Shown here in pieces: positions 45,077-54,051 of a stretch of 64,000 bases of DNA (within the stretch, counting starts at the first letter, position 1; every line of letters begins with the position of its first letter). A program made the translations under genes and the position numbers. The stretch is from the NCBI GenBank assembly GCA_040901675.1, contig JBBDYJ010000032.1, positions 151,807 to 215,806 of the forward strand, given 5' to 3'. Under the pieces are notes generated by a model. That model did not search any database and was not told the DNA's origin. It saw nothing but the letters and a program-made list of their open reading frames with translations. This DNA comes from Pirellulales bacterium. GTDB taxonomy: Bacteria > Planctomycetota > Planctomycetia > Pirellulales > JAICIG01.

Positions 45077-45973
45077 ATGGCCGCCATGAACCTGCACAAG
45101 CTCAAAGAAGAGATCTGCGACATCGGTCGCCGCATCTACAACAAGGGATTCGCCGCCGGCAACGACGGCAACATCAGCTTCCGCCTGGGCGAGAACGAAG
45201 TGCTCTGCACGCCCACGATGATCTGCAAGGGGTTCATGAAGCCGGACGACCTGTGCACCGTCGATATGGAAGGCAACCAGCTCTCCGGCCGGCGGAAGCG
45301 GACCAGCGAGGTCCGGCTGCACCTGGCGATCATGAAGGAACGGCCGGACGTCAAGAGCGTGGTCCACTGCCATCCGCCGCACGCCACCGCCTTTGCCGTG
45401 GCCCGCGAGCCGATCCCCCAGTGCGTGCTGCCCGAGGTCGAAGTCTTCCTGGGCGACGTGCCGATCACCCGCTACGAGACGCCGGGCGGCCAGGCGTTTG
45501 CCGACACGGTCCTCCCCTACGTCAAGAAAACCAACACGATCATCCTGGCCAACCATGGCACCGTCAGTTACGGGGAGACGGTCGAGCGGGCCTACTGGTG
45601 GACCGAAATCCTCGATGCCTACTGCCGCATCCTGATGCTGGCCCGCGATCTGGGCAAAATCAATTATTTCACCGAGGACAAGACGCGCGAGCTGTTGAAC
45701 CTCAAGACGCAGTGGGGCTTTGCCGACGCCCGCCTGGCCCCCGGCATGGAAAACTGCGACATCTGCGCCAACGACGTCTTTCGCGATAGCTGGAAGCAGG
45801 CCGGCATCGAGCGCAAGGCATTCGAGCCGCCGCCGCCGATGGGCCAGGGCCGCGGGCAGACCGCGCCGGCCGCCACGGGCACGACAGGCGGCGCCGCCGG
45901 CATTGCCGATCAGGAACCGTTGATCCAGGCCATCACCGACCGCGTTGTGGCGGCCTTGAACGGGCGATCGTAG
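45077..45973 (+). CDS. Class II aldolase (fuculose/rhamnulose-phosphate type)
   Basis: DGNIS, TSEVRLH, VVHCHPP, LANHG; C-terminal encapsulation-peptide-like helix. Confidence 0.9.
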   Translation: MAAMNLHKLKEEICDIGRRIYNKGFAAGNDGNISFRLGENEVLCTPTMICKGFMKPDDLCTVDMEGNQLSGRRKRTSEVRLHLAIMKERPDVKSVVHCHPPHATAFAVAREPIPQCVLPEVEVFLGDVPITRYETPGGQAFADTVLPYVKKTNTIILANHGTVSYGETVERAYWWTEILDAYCRILMLARDLGKINYFTEDKTRELLNLKTQWGFADARLAPGMENCDICANDVFRDSWKQAGIERKAFEPPPPMGQGRGQTAPAATGTTGGAAGIADQEPLIQAITDRVVAALNGRS

Positions 45974-46035
45974 GAGCAGCGGGGTTCGCAAACCATTCAA
46001 CGTCATACCGCGGCAAGCGACTGGGACCAACGAAC

Positions 46036-46980
46036 ATGAAAGTCAGCATTATCGGTGGAGCGGGACTCGTCGGCTCCTGCACGGCCTTCGCCTTGCAGAC
46101 GGGCCGGGTCGTCAAGGAGATCGCGCTGTTGGACGTCAATGCCGAGGCGGTCGCGGGGCAGGCGCTCGACCTGTTGCACGGCTCAACGCTCATGGCCGAC
46201 CAGACGATCGTGTCCGGCGGTTACGAGCACGTCCCCACCAGCGACCTGATCTGCATCACGGCCGGCCTGCGTCGAAAGCCCGACGAGAGCCGGCTCGACC
46301 TGATCAACCGCAACGTCGACTTGTTCATGGGCATTCTGGGCGAGATCAGCCGCGCCGGCACCAGGCAGGATGCCATGGTGCTGGTGGTTTCCAACCCGGT
46401 CGACGTGCTGACCTACCTGGCGGCCGACCGGCTGAATCTGCCCTCGAACCAGGTGCTGGGGCTGGGCACGCAGTTGGACACGATCCGGCTGCGGAGCCTG
46501 ATTGCCGATCGGCTCGGCGCCGCGGCCACGCAGGTGTCGGCCCTGATCCTGGGCGAACACGGCGACAGCATGGTGCCGATCTGGTCGAGCGCCACGATCG
46601 CCGGGCTGCCGCTTGAGAAGTACCCCGGCTGGAATCCGACCCTGGCCAACGAGCTGTTCACGCGCACCAAGGGGTCGGGGGCCGAGGTAATCAAGAAGAA
46701 GGGTGGCGCCGGTTTCGCCGTGGGCCTGGCGATCCAGGAGGTGATCGAATCGGTGGCGCTCGACCGGGACAGGATTCTGCCGGTGTCGAGCGTGCAAGCG
46801 GGCTGCTATGGCATCCGCGACGTGGCCCTCTCGGTGCCCACCGTTGTGGGCCGCGGCGGAGTTATCGACACGCACGAGATCGACCTCTGGCCCAAGGAAG
46901 TGCAGGCCCTGCGCAAGAGCGGCCAAGTGCTCAGGCAGACGATCGACACGGTGATGGCCCGGGTTGGGGCGGCCCGCTGA
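46036..46980 (+). CDS. Lactate/malate family dehydrogenase
   Basis: GGAGLVG, DLLHG, TAGLRRKPDESRLDL, VSNPVD, GEHGDS. Confidence 0.9.
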   Translation: MKVSIIGGAGLVGSCTAFALQTGRVVKEIALLDVNAEAVAGQALDLLHGSTLMADQTIVSGGYEHVPTSDLICITAGLRRKPDESRLDLINRNVDLFMGILGEISRAGTRQDAMVLVVSNPVDVLTYLAADRLNLPSNQVLGLGTQLDTIRLRSLIADRLGAAATQVSALILGEHGDSMVPIWSSATIAGLPLEKYPGWNPTLANELFTRTKGSGAEVIKKKGGAGFAVGLAIQEVIESVALDRDRILPVSSVQAGCYGIRDVALSVPTVVGRGGVIDTHEIDLWPKEVQALRKSGQVLRQTIDTVMARVGAAR

Positions 46981-47024
46981 CAGGGGAAACGGAATGAACC
47001 GCGTTCTACGAACGGCTGGGGAAC

Positions 47025-48293
47025 ATGCAGAAATCGCTTGACCGGAAACTGGCGGCCATTCACGCCGATCCCTCGGGGTCGCGGGAGTTCATCATCGCCG
47101 ATGCCAAGGACGCCGACATGGCCTTTGGCATCGGGGCGCCGGGCCAATCGCCGGAGATGCACGCCGGCGAAGGCCGTTTTCGCACGCTGGCCGAGTACCG
47201 CGAGCAGATCCGGCAGGTCGTCCGGCAGGGCCTGGTCGATATCATGCTCATGTCGGCCAGCACCAACGACGTGCTGGCGATCCAGGAAGGCCTGTTCGAG
47301 GGGAGCCACGTGACGCCTGCCGCGCGGGCCAACGACACCACCGACATCTTCGTCGTGCGGGGTGGCGCGTACGCCGGCGAGCCATCGCGGCCTTTTCGCA
47401 CCGCGGCGCTGGACCACATCCAGTGCGGCCACCTGGCGTGTGCTCCCGACGAGCGGGCCCGCGGCGCCAACCTCGGCCTGTACAGCATGACGTTCAACAA
47501 CCGGCTGGAAGAGGACCTGGCCGCGTTGGAAGAATACCGGCGTTTCCGCCTGGAGGCCGAGGCCAAGGGTTTTCGGCATTTCCTGGAGGTCTTCGACCCG
47601 AATGCACCGAGCGGCCTCGCGCCGGGGCAGGTGCCGCAGTTCATCAACGACTCGATCGCCCGCGCTTTGGCTGGCGTAGCCCGGTCGGGCCGCCCCTTGT
47701 TCCTGAAGGTGGTGTACCACGGGCCCAAGGCGATGGAAGAGCTGGTGGCCTACGACCCGCACCTGGTCGTCGGTGTGCTGGGAGGCGGCGCCGGCACCAC
47801 CTACGACGCCTTCAAGCTGATCAGCGAGGCCCAGAAGTACGGCGCACGCGTGGCCCTGTTCGGCCGCAAGATCAACAACGCGGAGTGCCAGTTGGCCTTC
47901 ATCGAGTTCCTGCGCTTGATCGTCGACGGCCAGATCCGTGCCGAAGAGGCGGTGCGAGCCTATCACGCGGTGCTGGAGCAGTTGAACATCCGTCCCCACC
48001 GTTCGCTGGCCGACGACCTCACGCTGCAAACCGCCGTGATGAGTTACGGCGGCGGCAGCACGGTCACGATGCCAGAGACCAGACAGGCGGCAAGCCAGGC
48101 CCATACGTGCTCGTGCACCGACAAGCGGGCAAGCAAATCAGTCAAGCCCGATTGCGGCTGCCACGGACCGGCAACACCGGCGCAGGCGACGAATGGCGAG
48201 GTCACGGCCGACAGCGCGCCCGACTTCGCACGGATGAGTCAGGCCGAGAAGCTTGCCTACAACCAGGCCCGCCGTAACCGCATTTTCGGCTGA
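47025..48293 (+). CDS. Aldolase-like TIM-barrel hypothetical protein
   Basis: FLEVF, FLKVVY, GVLGGG, LFGRKI pattern resembles class I aldolases. Confidence 0.65.
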   Translation: MQKSLDRKLAAIHADPSGSREFIIADAKDADMAFGIGAPGQSPEMHAGEGRFRTLAEYREQIRQVVRQGLVDIMLMSASTNDVLAIQEGLFEGSHVTPAARANDTTDIFVVRGGAYAGEPSRPFRTAALDHIQCGHLACAPDERARGANLGLYSMTFNNRLEEDLAALEEYRRFRLEAEAKGFRHFLEVFDPNAPSGLAPGQVPQFINDSIARALAGVARSGRPLFLKVVYHGPKAMEELVAYDPHLVVGVLGGGAGTTYDAFKLISEAQKYGARVALFGRKINNAECQLAFIEFLRLIVDGQIRAEEAVRAYHAVLEQLNIRPHRSLADDLTLQTAVMSYGGGSTVTMPETRQAASQAHTCSCTDKRASKSVKPDCGCHGPATPAQATNGEVTADSAPDFARMSQAEKLAYNQARRNRIFG

Positions 48294-48300
48294 GTCTCTG

Positions 48301-48510
48301 AAGGGGAAGGGGGGCCGAGAAAGGCGGAAGGAGGAAGGCAGAAGGCAGAACGAAATCAGAAGAGCCGTTGCTCGTCGCAGTAGCTGAAGTCGCCAGACTT
48401 CAGGGGCGCCGCTGTCTTCTGACTTCTGTCCTCTGACTTCTGTCCTCTGGCACTGGGGCACGCTAACGCTTTGCCACCAGCCACCCGGTCCTCTGACCTC
48501 TGACCTCTGG
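48301..48510. repeat. Facing purine/pyrimidine heptamer repeats between convergent genes
   Basis: aggcggaaggaggaaggcagaaggcaga, then tctgacttctgtcctctgacttctgtcc and tctgacctctgacc. Confidence 0.7.
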
Positions 48511-49611
48511 CTAAGATCCCCGCGCCAGTTCCCTCAGGTAATCGAGGGCCTCGCTCAGTTCGGGCGCTTCGACCCCGGCCAGGCGGCCTTGCCGGTCACA
48601 GTCGGCCAACAGGAGCAGGTCCTCGAAATGCTCTGACTCGGCCAGCCGCCGGCGGGACCGTGCTCCGAGTGTGCCCGCCTGGTAGGCGTGCGCTTCCATG
48701 TGGTGCTCGATCAGCCAGGCGGTTCGTTCGGTGATGAATCCGTCGAGAGCCTCCAGGGCGGCGGCCACGTGGTCCGCGGGGTCGATCGCCTTGCCTACGT
48801 CGTGCAACAGCGCGGCCAGCAGGAACTCCTCGTCGTAGGCCAGTTGGCGCGAGGCCAGGTCGTATACCTGCAGGCTGTGGTACAGGGCGTCCCCCTCGGG
48901 ATGGTACTTGGGCGATTGCTTCACCTGCTCCAGGGGCAAGAGCAGCATCTGATAAATCTGGAAGCGGTCGACCTGGTGCTCGGCCTCGACCAGGGCCTCG
49001 TCGAGCGACAGGCCGGGATACTCGCGCTCGAGGAGCTGCTCGAGCTCGGCGATGCTGGCCCGTTCGATCGGCTTGCAGGTGACCGAGCTCTTGAACACGT
49101 GGTGCGCCTGGTTCTCGGCGTACAGCGTGAGCTCGAAGGTGAAGCGGTCCTGGATATGGATGTGGGTGTAGAGGCGATGTTCGCCCTGCTTCTTGACCTG
49201 CTTGTGCTGCACGTCGTAGGCGACCCCCTCTCGGTCCAGCGCGGCCCGAACCGCCTCCAGGCTGTCGGAAAAGACGTGCAGGTCGATGTCGCTGCCCCGG
49301 CGGACGTGGCCGGTGAGCGTGCTGCCGATCAGGCGGGGCCGAAAAGTCCGCAGGATGCGCATCATCCGCAGGGCTTCGAGCCGCATGTCGCGCAGGTTGG
49401 CCACCCGGCGGTCGCCCTCGAACATGCGCGCGAAGACCTGGATCTCGTCGCGGATTTCGCGATTGCTGGGCAGGTCCTTGGGTTTGACCCAGCCGCCCGT
49501 CATGCGGCGGGCCGCCTTCAGCTTGGCCCGGTAGTATTCCGACTCGACGCGTTCGTACATCAAGCGGGCCGCTTCCCAGGCGATCCGCTGCCGCAGCTTA
49601 TCGTTGGCCAT
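48511..49611 (-). CDS. Nucleotidyltransferase-HD domain fusion protein
   Basis: LIGSTLTGHVRRGSDIDLHVF; YHPEGDALYH...LLHDVGK...HH...D. Confidence 0.8.
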   Translation of the reverse strand: MANDKLRQRIAWEAARLMYERVESEYYRAKLKAARRMTGGWVKPKDLPSNREIRDEIQVFARMFEGDRRVANLRDMRLEALRMMRILRTFRPRLIGSTLTGHVRRGSDIDLHVFSDSLEAVRAALDREGVAYDVQHKQVKKQGEHRLYTHIHIQDRFTFELTLYAENQAHHVFKSSVTCKPIERASIAELEQLLEREYPGLSLDEALVEAEHQVDRFQIYQMLLLPLEQVKQSPKYHPEGDALYHSLQVYDLASRQLAYDEEFLLAALLHDVGKAIDPADHVAAALEALDGFITERTAWLIEHHMEAHAYQAGTLGARSRRRLAESEHFEDLLLLADCDRQGRLAGVEAPELSEALDYLRELARGS

Positions 49612-49776
49612 TCAGCATGGTGCGCCGAAACAAAGCCCATCGAAGCGGCGCCGGGCTCTTCAACCATACTATGGTCAGGAGCCGCTGTGCGACAAGGGCA
49701 GAACCCGACAAGGGGGCATGGCGACAAGGGGACAAGGGGAACGAGAAGAGGCGCAACGGCCGGATGAACGCGTGCC

Positions 49777-51144
49777 TCAGAATAAGCGTGACCGCTTCCT
49801 TGCACTCTGCCGATCGAACGGCCTCTCACTGGGTGCCAATGCCGGCTTGCCCAGCAGTGCCTGCCTCCATGCTCGTCGTCTTCGTTTCGCCCCATCGCCG
49901 GCTCCACCCTTCCCCCCTTCCTTCTCCACGGGCGGCCCATCGCCCGAGACCCGAGCAAGCTCGTCGAGCACCACGACCGCCATCCGTGCGACTTCGCGGC
50001 TGGGGATCTCGGGGTAGCATGGCAGATAGACCAGGTGCTCGACGGTCTGGCGCGTCCAGCGCGGATCGAGCTGCGGCCGGTCCGCCGGCGGATCGACGAC
50101 GCACAGGCTCTGTCCCTGCGTGGCGTCGAAACCGGCATGTCCCAAGGCCGCGATCAGTCCCGCCGGATCGTCGGCCAATAGCGGCAGCACCCAATGGGAG
50201 TGAAGCGGCGCGTCGGCGCCGGGGCATGGTGCCTTGTCGGCCAGCCGCTCGACCAGCCGCTGCCCCACGGCCGCCCGGGCGGCCAGCCTCGCCGGCTCGA
50301 ACTTGCGAAGCCGGCGCACCAACAGGGCCAACAGCGGCGCGCACGGCTGCTGGCGGATCCGCGGAAAGAACCCCGGCCCGGCAAACCCCCGCACGGCCCC
50401 ATTGACCAAGCGATCGTGGTCCTGCCCCAGCAATCGCATCATGCCGACGAACAGTCCGTACGGCGTTTCGAGCGAGGTCAGCTTGAGCAGGCCGTACTTC
50501 CAGGCCCGCCGGAAAAAAGCCCAACGGCCCTGAACTGGGTAGCGCCGCTGCAGGCGGCGCATCGCCTCGACCAGGGCCGGATCGGCCACGCGGATCAAGG
50601 CGCCGCCCAGGGCCGTCGCCGTCTTGATCGGGCCGAAGCTGAACATCGAGGCGGCCACGCCGGGATGTCCGACAAAGTGCGGGCCGACGTAGGCCTGGGC
50701 GCAGTCTTCGATCACCAGCAGGCCGTGCTCTTCGGCCAGCCGGACGATCGGCTCGAGGTCGATGCGGCCGCCGAACAAGTGGGCCACCAAAATTGCGCGG
50801 GTGGCCGGTGTGATGGCCTGCCGGAGGCTGTCCAAGTCGGGCGCCATGGCACCCGGTTCGAGATCGACGGGCACGGCCACCAGGCCATGCTCGTCGATGA
50901 TGCGGACCATGTCCTTGATGGTCAGGGCCGAGACGAGCACTTCGCTGCCGGGCGACAGCGCCAAGGCCTCGAGCAACAGGTCGAAGCCGCTGCGGACGGA
51001 AAGGCAGGCCAAGGTATCGCCGGAGCCGGACCAGAGACTCTCAATGCATCGCTGCCGCTCGGCCCGTTGCCCCGGCAGACAGCAGCAAAGCGTGGCATAA
51101 CCCAAGTCGAACCAGCCGATATCCAGCCGCTTGCGAGCCCACAT
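49777..51144 (-). CDS. DegT/DnrJ/EryC1/StrS family PLP-dependent protein
   Basis: AILVAHLFG, VIEDCAQA, FSFGPIKTATALGG. Confidence 0.85.
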   Translation of the reverse strand: MWARKRLDIGWFDLGYATLCCCLPGQRAERQRCIESLWSGSGDTLACLSVRSGFDLLLEALALSPGSEVLVSALTIKDMVRIIDEHGLVAVPVDLEPGAMAPDLDSLRQAITPATRAILVAHLFGGRIDLEPIVRLAEEHGLLVIEDCAQAYVGPHFVGHPGVAASMFSFGPIKTATALGGALIRVADPALVEAMRRLQRRYPVQGRWAFFRRAWKYGLLKLTSLETPYGLFVGMMRLLGQDHDRLVNGAVRGFAGPGFFPRIRQQPCAPLLALLVRRLRKFEPARLAARAAVGQRLVERLADKAPCPGADAPLHSHWVLPLLADDPAGLIAALGHAGFDATQGQSLCVVDPPADRPQLDPRWTRQTVEHLVYLPCYPEIPSREVARMAVVVLDELARVSGDGPPVEKEGGKGGAGDGAKRRRRAWRQALLGKPALAPSERPFDRQSARKRSRLF

Positions 51145-51377
51145 GGCCCACCCCTCCGCCGAAAGTGAAAGACTAGTTGTGCGTTCTCGACATCGACGTT
51201 ACGGACCGGGCTGGCGGTTGAGCGCAGACAGTCCTAGTCCGCGACTCGGCCAGGTGTCGGGTTTCGGCCCCCGGCTGCTCCTGCGGGGGCGGAAGCTATT
51301 GTGGTGCTTTCCCCAGTCATTCGCAACGTGGCGGCAAAGATTTGTTGCTATAATGGCGGGCGAGCGGAAGGGGACGA

Positions 51378-52772
51378 ATGTCTCGCGTTGCAGGGATCGT
51401 TGTGCGACGGCCTGGTGCTCTGAACCGGCGTGAGTGGCTGCACCTGGGTGCGCTAGGCACCCTGGGACTGTCGTTGCCCCGACTGCTGTGCGCCGAGACC
51501 AGCGGCCGGCCGGCGCCGGCGGCCCGCTCGTGCGTGCTCTTCCTGCTGCACGGAGGTCCAAGCCAGCTCGATACCTGGGACATGAAGCCCGCCGCGCCCG
51601 CCGAGATACGGGGCGAGTTCAAGCCGATCGCCACCAGCGTGCCCGGCATGCAGATCGTGGAGCACCTGCCGCGGCTGGCCGCTCTGGCGCACCGCTTCAC
51701 GATCGTCCGGTCGATGACCCATACGTCGCTGTTCCACAACACGGCCACGTCGCTGGTCATGACCGGCAGCCAGCCGTTGAGCGACGTGCTGGCGTTCACC
51801 CCGTCGGAGAACGATTTTCCGCACCTGGGGGCCCAGCTCGCACTGAAGCGGCCCGGAACTCGCGAGGTTCCGACCGCCGTCTCGCTGCCCGACCCGGTGA
51901 CCGACGGCCCTTACACAACCCCCGGCCAGACCGCCGGCTTCCTCGGCGCGCGGTACGCACCGTTCGGCGTCTACGGCGATCCGAACGACGAGAGCTTTGC
52001 GGTGGATGGATTGTCGGGCGGGCCCCAGCTCGCGGAACGCCTCGTAGCGCGGCGCGGACTGCTCTCGACGATCAACGGGCAGCAGGCTGGCCTGGCGGCA
52101 GATCCACGGGTGGGGCAGTTGGACGGCTATCAGCAAAGGGCGTTCGCCCTGTTGGCTTCGGACGCCACGCGGCGGGCTTTCGAGCTGTCGCGGGAGGACG
52201 CGCGCGTGCGCGATCGTTACGGGCGGCACAAGTACGGCCAGAGCCTGCTCTTGTCTCGGCGGCTGATCGAGGCGGGCGTGCGGTTGGTGACGGTGTATTG
52301 GGGCGGCAAGGTCAACAATCCGTCTCCTTACTGGGACACGCACTTCAAGAACAACAAGCGGCTCAAGGACGAGCTGCTGCCGCCGTTCGACCAGTGTTTT
52401 TCGGCGTTCCTCGAAGACCTGGAACTTCGTGGGCTGTTGGCCAGCACGCTGGTCGTTTGCATGGGCGAGTTTGGCCGCACGCCGCGCTTCGGTCAGAACA
52501 CCGGCAACGGAGTCGATGAGACCGGCCGCGACCACTGGCCGCAGTGTTACTCGCTGCTGGTGGCCGGCGGCCCCGCCCGCGGTGGCCGCGTGCTCGGCCG
52601 CTCCGACCGCTTCGCCGCCTACCCGGCCGACGATCCCTACACGCCTCAGGACCTCACCGCCTCGATCCTGCAGGCCCTGGGCGTCGATCCTAGCGACCAG
52701 GTGCCCGACGCCTTTGGCCGTCTCGTGCCGCTGAGCACCGGCCGCGTGAGAGAAACTCTCTTTGCCGGATAG
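51378..52772 (+). CDS. DUF1501 family protein
   Basis: Tat-like RREWL; GGPSQLDTWDMKP; WDTH; GEFGRTP; GRDHWP; tgctataat upstream. Confidence 0.9.
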   Translation: MSRVAGIVVRRPGALNRREWLHLGALGTLGLSLPRLLCAETSGRPAPAARSCVLFLLHGGPSQLDTWDMKPAAPAEIRGEFKPIATSVPGMQIVEHLPRLAALAHRFTIVRSMTHTSLFHNTATSLVMTGSQPLSDVLAFTPSENDFPHLGAQLALKRPGTREVPTAVSLPDPVTDGPYTTPGQTAGFLGARYAPFGVYGDPNDESFAVDGLSGGPQLAERLVARRGLLSTINGQQAGLAADPRVGQLDGYQQRAFALLASDATRRAFELSREDARVRDRYGRHKYGQSLLLSRRLIEAGVRLVTVYWGGKVNNPSPYWDTHFKNNKRLKDELLPPFDQCFSAFLEDLELRGLLASTLVVCMGEFGRTPRFGQNTGNGVDETGRDHWPQCYSLLVAGGPARGGRVLGRSDRFAAYPADDPYTPQDLTASILQALGVDPSDQVPDAFGRLVPLSTGRVRETLFAG

Positions 52773-52925
52773 GAGGAGGAAGGCAGAAGGCAGAAGGAGG
52801 AAGGAGGAATAGGACGCAGGTTGGCTCGTAGCGGCCGCGTGGGGGGCGGATTGAAAGGAGCCCCTATGGTACGTCGTAGAACTTTGGGGATTGCTGAGGG
52901 TGTCGTGTGGTAGGAGGCAAGAGCG

Positions 52926-53924
52926 ATGTCGTGTCCAAGCTGCGCGGGAGCACCCGCATGGGTAGCTCTGTGGAGCGCCGGTCTGGCGCTCGGGTTGGCC
53001 GCCTCGGTGGCCGCGGACGAAGGGCGGCAAGCTCCCAAGCTCCGGAAGTTCAAGTTCTTCTACGGCGCCACAATCAACGAGCTGGAGCCCGGCACCAAGG
53101 CCAGAGTCTGGATCCCCGTGGCCGCCAGCAATCATGAGCAAAAGGTCCGGCTGGTTGCAGCCCGAATGCCCGGCCAACCGCAGTACGGCAAGGACAAGAC
53201 GTACGGCAACCAGATCATTTACTTCGAGGCCGCGGCCGACGAGCAAGGCCGGATCGCGGTGGACCTCGAATACCTGGTCGAGCGCCGCGAGCTGTTGGCC
53301 GGCCACGGCGAGCGGGCGCCGGCGAGAATCCCGCGAGAGCACCTGGACTCTTCCAAGCTGATTCCCGTCAACGGCACGCTGCTCAAGAAACTGCTGGGCG
53401 ACGAGGTGCCCGCGGGCGACGCGGCGGACAAGGCCCGCAGGCTGTACGACGCCGTCGACGACTTGATGAGCTACGACAAGCCGGAGGGCCAGCCGTGGGG
53501 CCGCGGCGACGCGCTGTGGGCCTGCGATTCGAGGTTCGGCAACTGCACCGACTTCCACAGCGTGTTCATCGGCGCCTGCCGCGACTTGAGTATTCCAGCG
53601 AAGTTCGAGATGGGTTTCTCCCTTTCAGAGCGGAAAGGCGCCGGTGAAGTGTCGGGCTATCATTGCTGGGCAAAGTTCGTGCACGATGGCCGATGGCAGG
53701 CGGTCGACATTTCGGAGGCCGACAAGCACCCGGCCTTGAAGGACTACTACTTCGGCAACCTGACGGCCGACCGTGTGACCTTTACCGAGGGCCGCGACCT
53801 CGAGCTCGATCCACCCCCCGCGGCCGGCCCGGTGAACTTCCTGATTTACCCTTACGTGGAGGTGGGCGGCCGGCCCCACGCCAGGTTCGTCAAACGCTTC
53901 CGGTACGAGGACGTCGATAAGTAG
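52926..53924 (+). CDS. Exported transglutaminase-like protein
   Basis: Signal peptide; Cys-His-Asp triad GNCTDFH, YHCWA, VDISEA. Confidence 0.85.
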   Translation: MSCPSCAGAPAWVALWSAGLALGLAASVAADEGRQAPKLRKFKFFYGATINELEPGTKARVWIPVAASNHEQKVRLVAARMPGQPQYGKDKTYGNQIIYFEAAADEQGRIAVDLEYLVERRELLAGHGERAPARIPREHLDSSKLIPVNGTLLKKLLGDEVPAGDAADKARRLYDAVDDLMSYDKPEGQPWGRGDALWACDSRFGNCTDFHSVFIGACRDLSIPAKFEMGFSLSERKGAGEVSGYHCWAKFVHDGRWQAVDISEADKHPALKDYYFGNLTADRVTFTEGRDLELDPPPAAGPVNFLIYPYVEVGGRPHARFVKRFRYEDVDK

Positions 53925-54050
53925 CAGGCACACTCCGTGTGCCGTCCGCGCGTCGGTCGTTCTCTACAGCACGAAACGGCGACGGCACACGGAGTGTGGC
54001 CTGCTGCGAAACGCTACGAAGGGCAACGGCACACGGAGTGTGCCTGCTAC
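53921..54050. repeat. REP family C triplet (GTAGCAGGCACACTCCGTGTGCCGT)
   Basis: Forward copy 53921-53945; inverted copies 53982-54007 and 54026-54050. Confidence 0.85.
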
Positions 54051-54051
54051 T

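Noticed and set aside
37915..46980. BMC operon as a novel system
   Set aside because: Gene content and order match the described Planctomycetes/Verrucomicrobia fucose-rhamnose microcompartment; only the extras are reported
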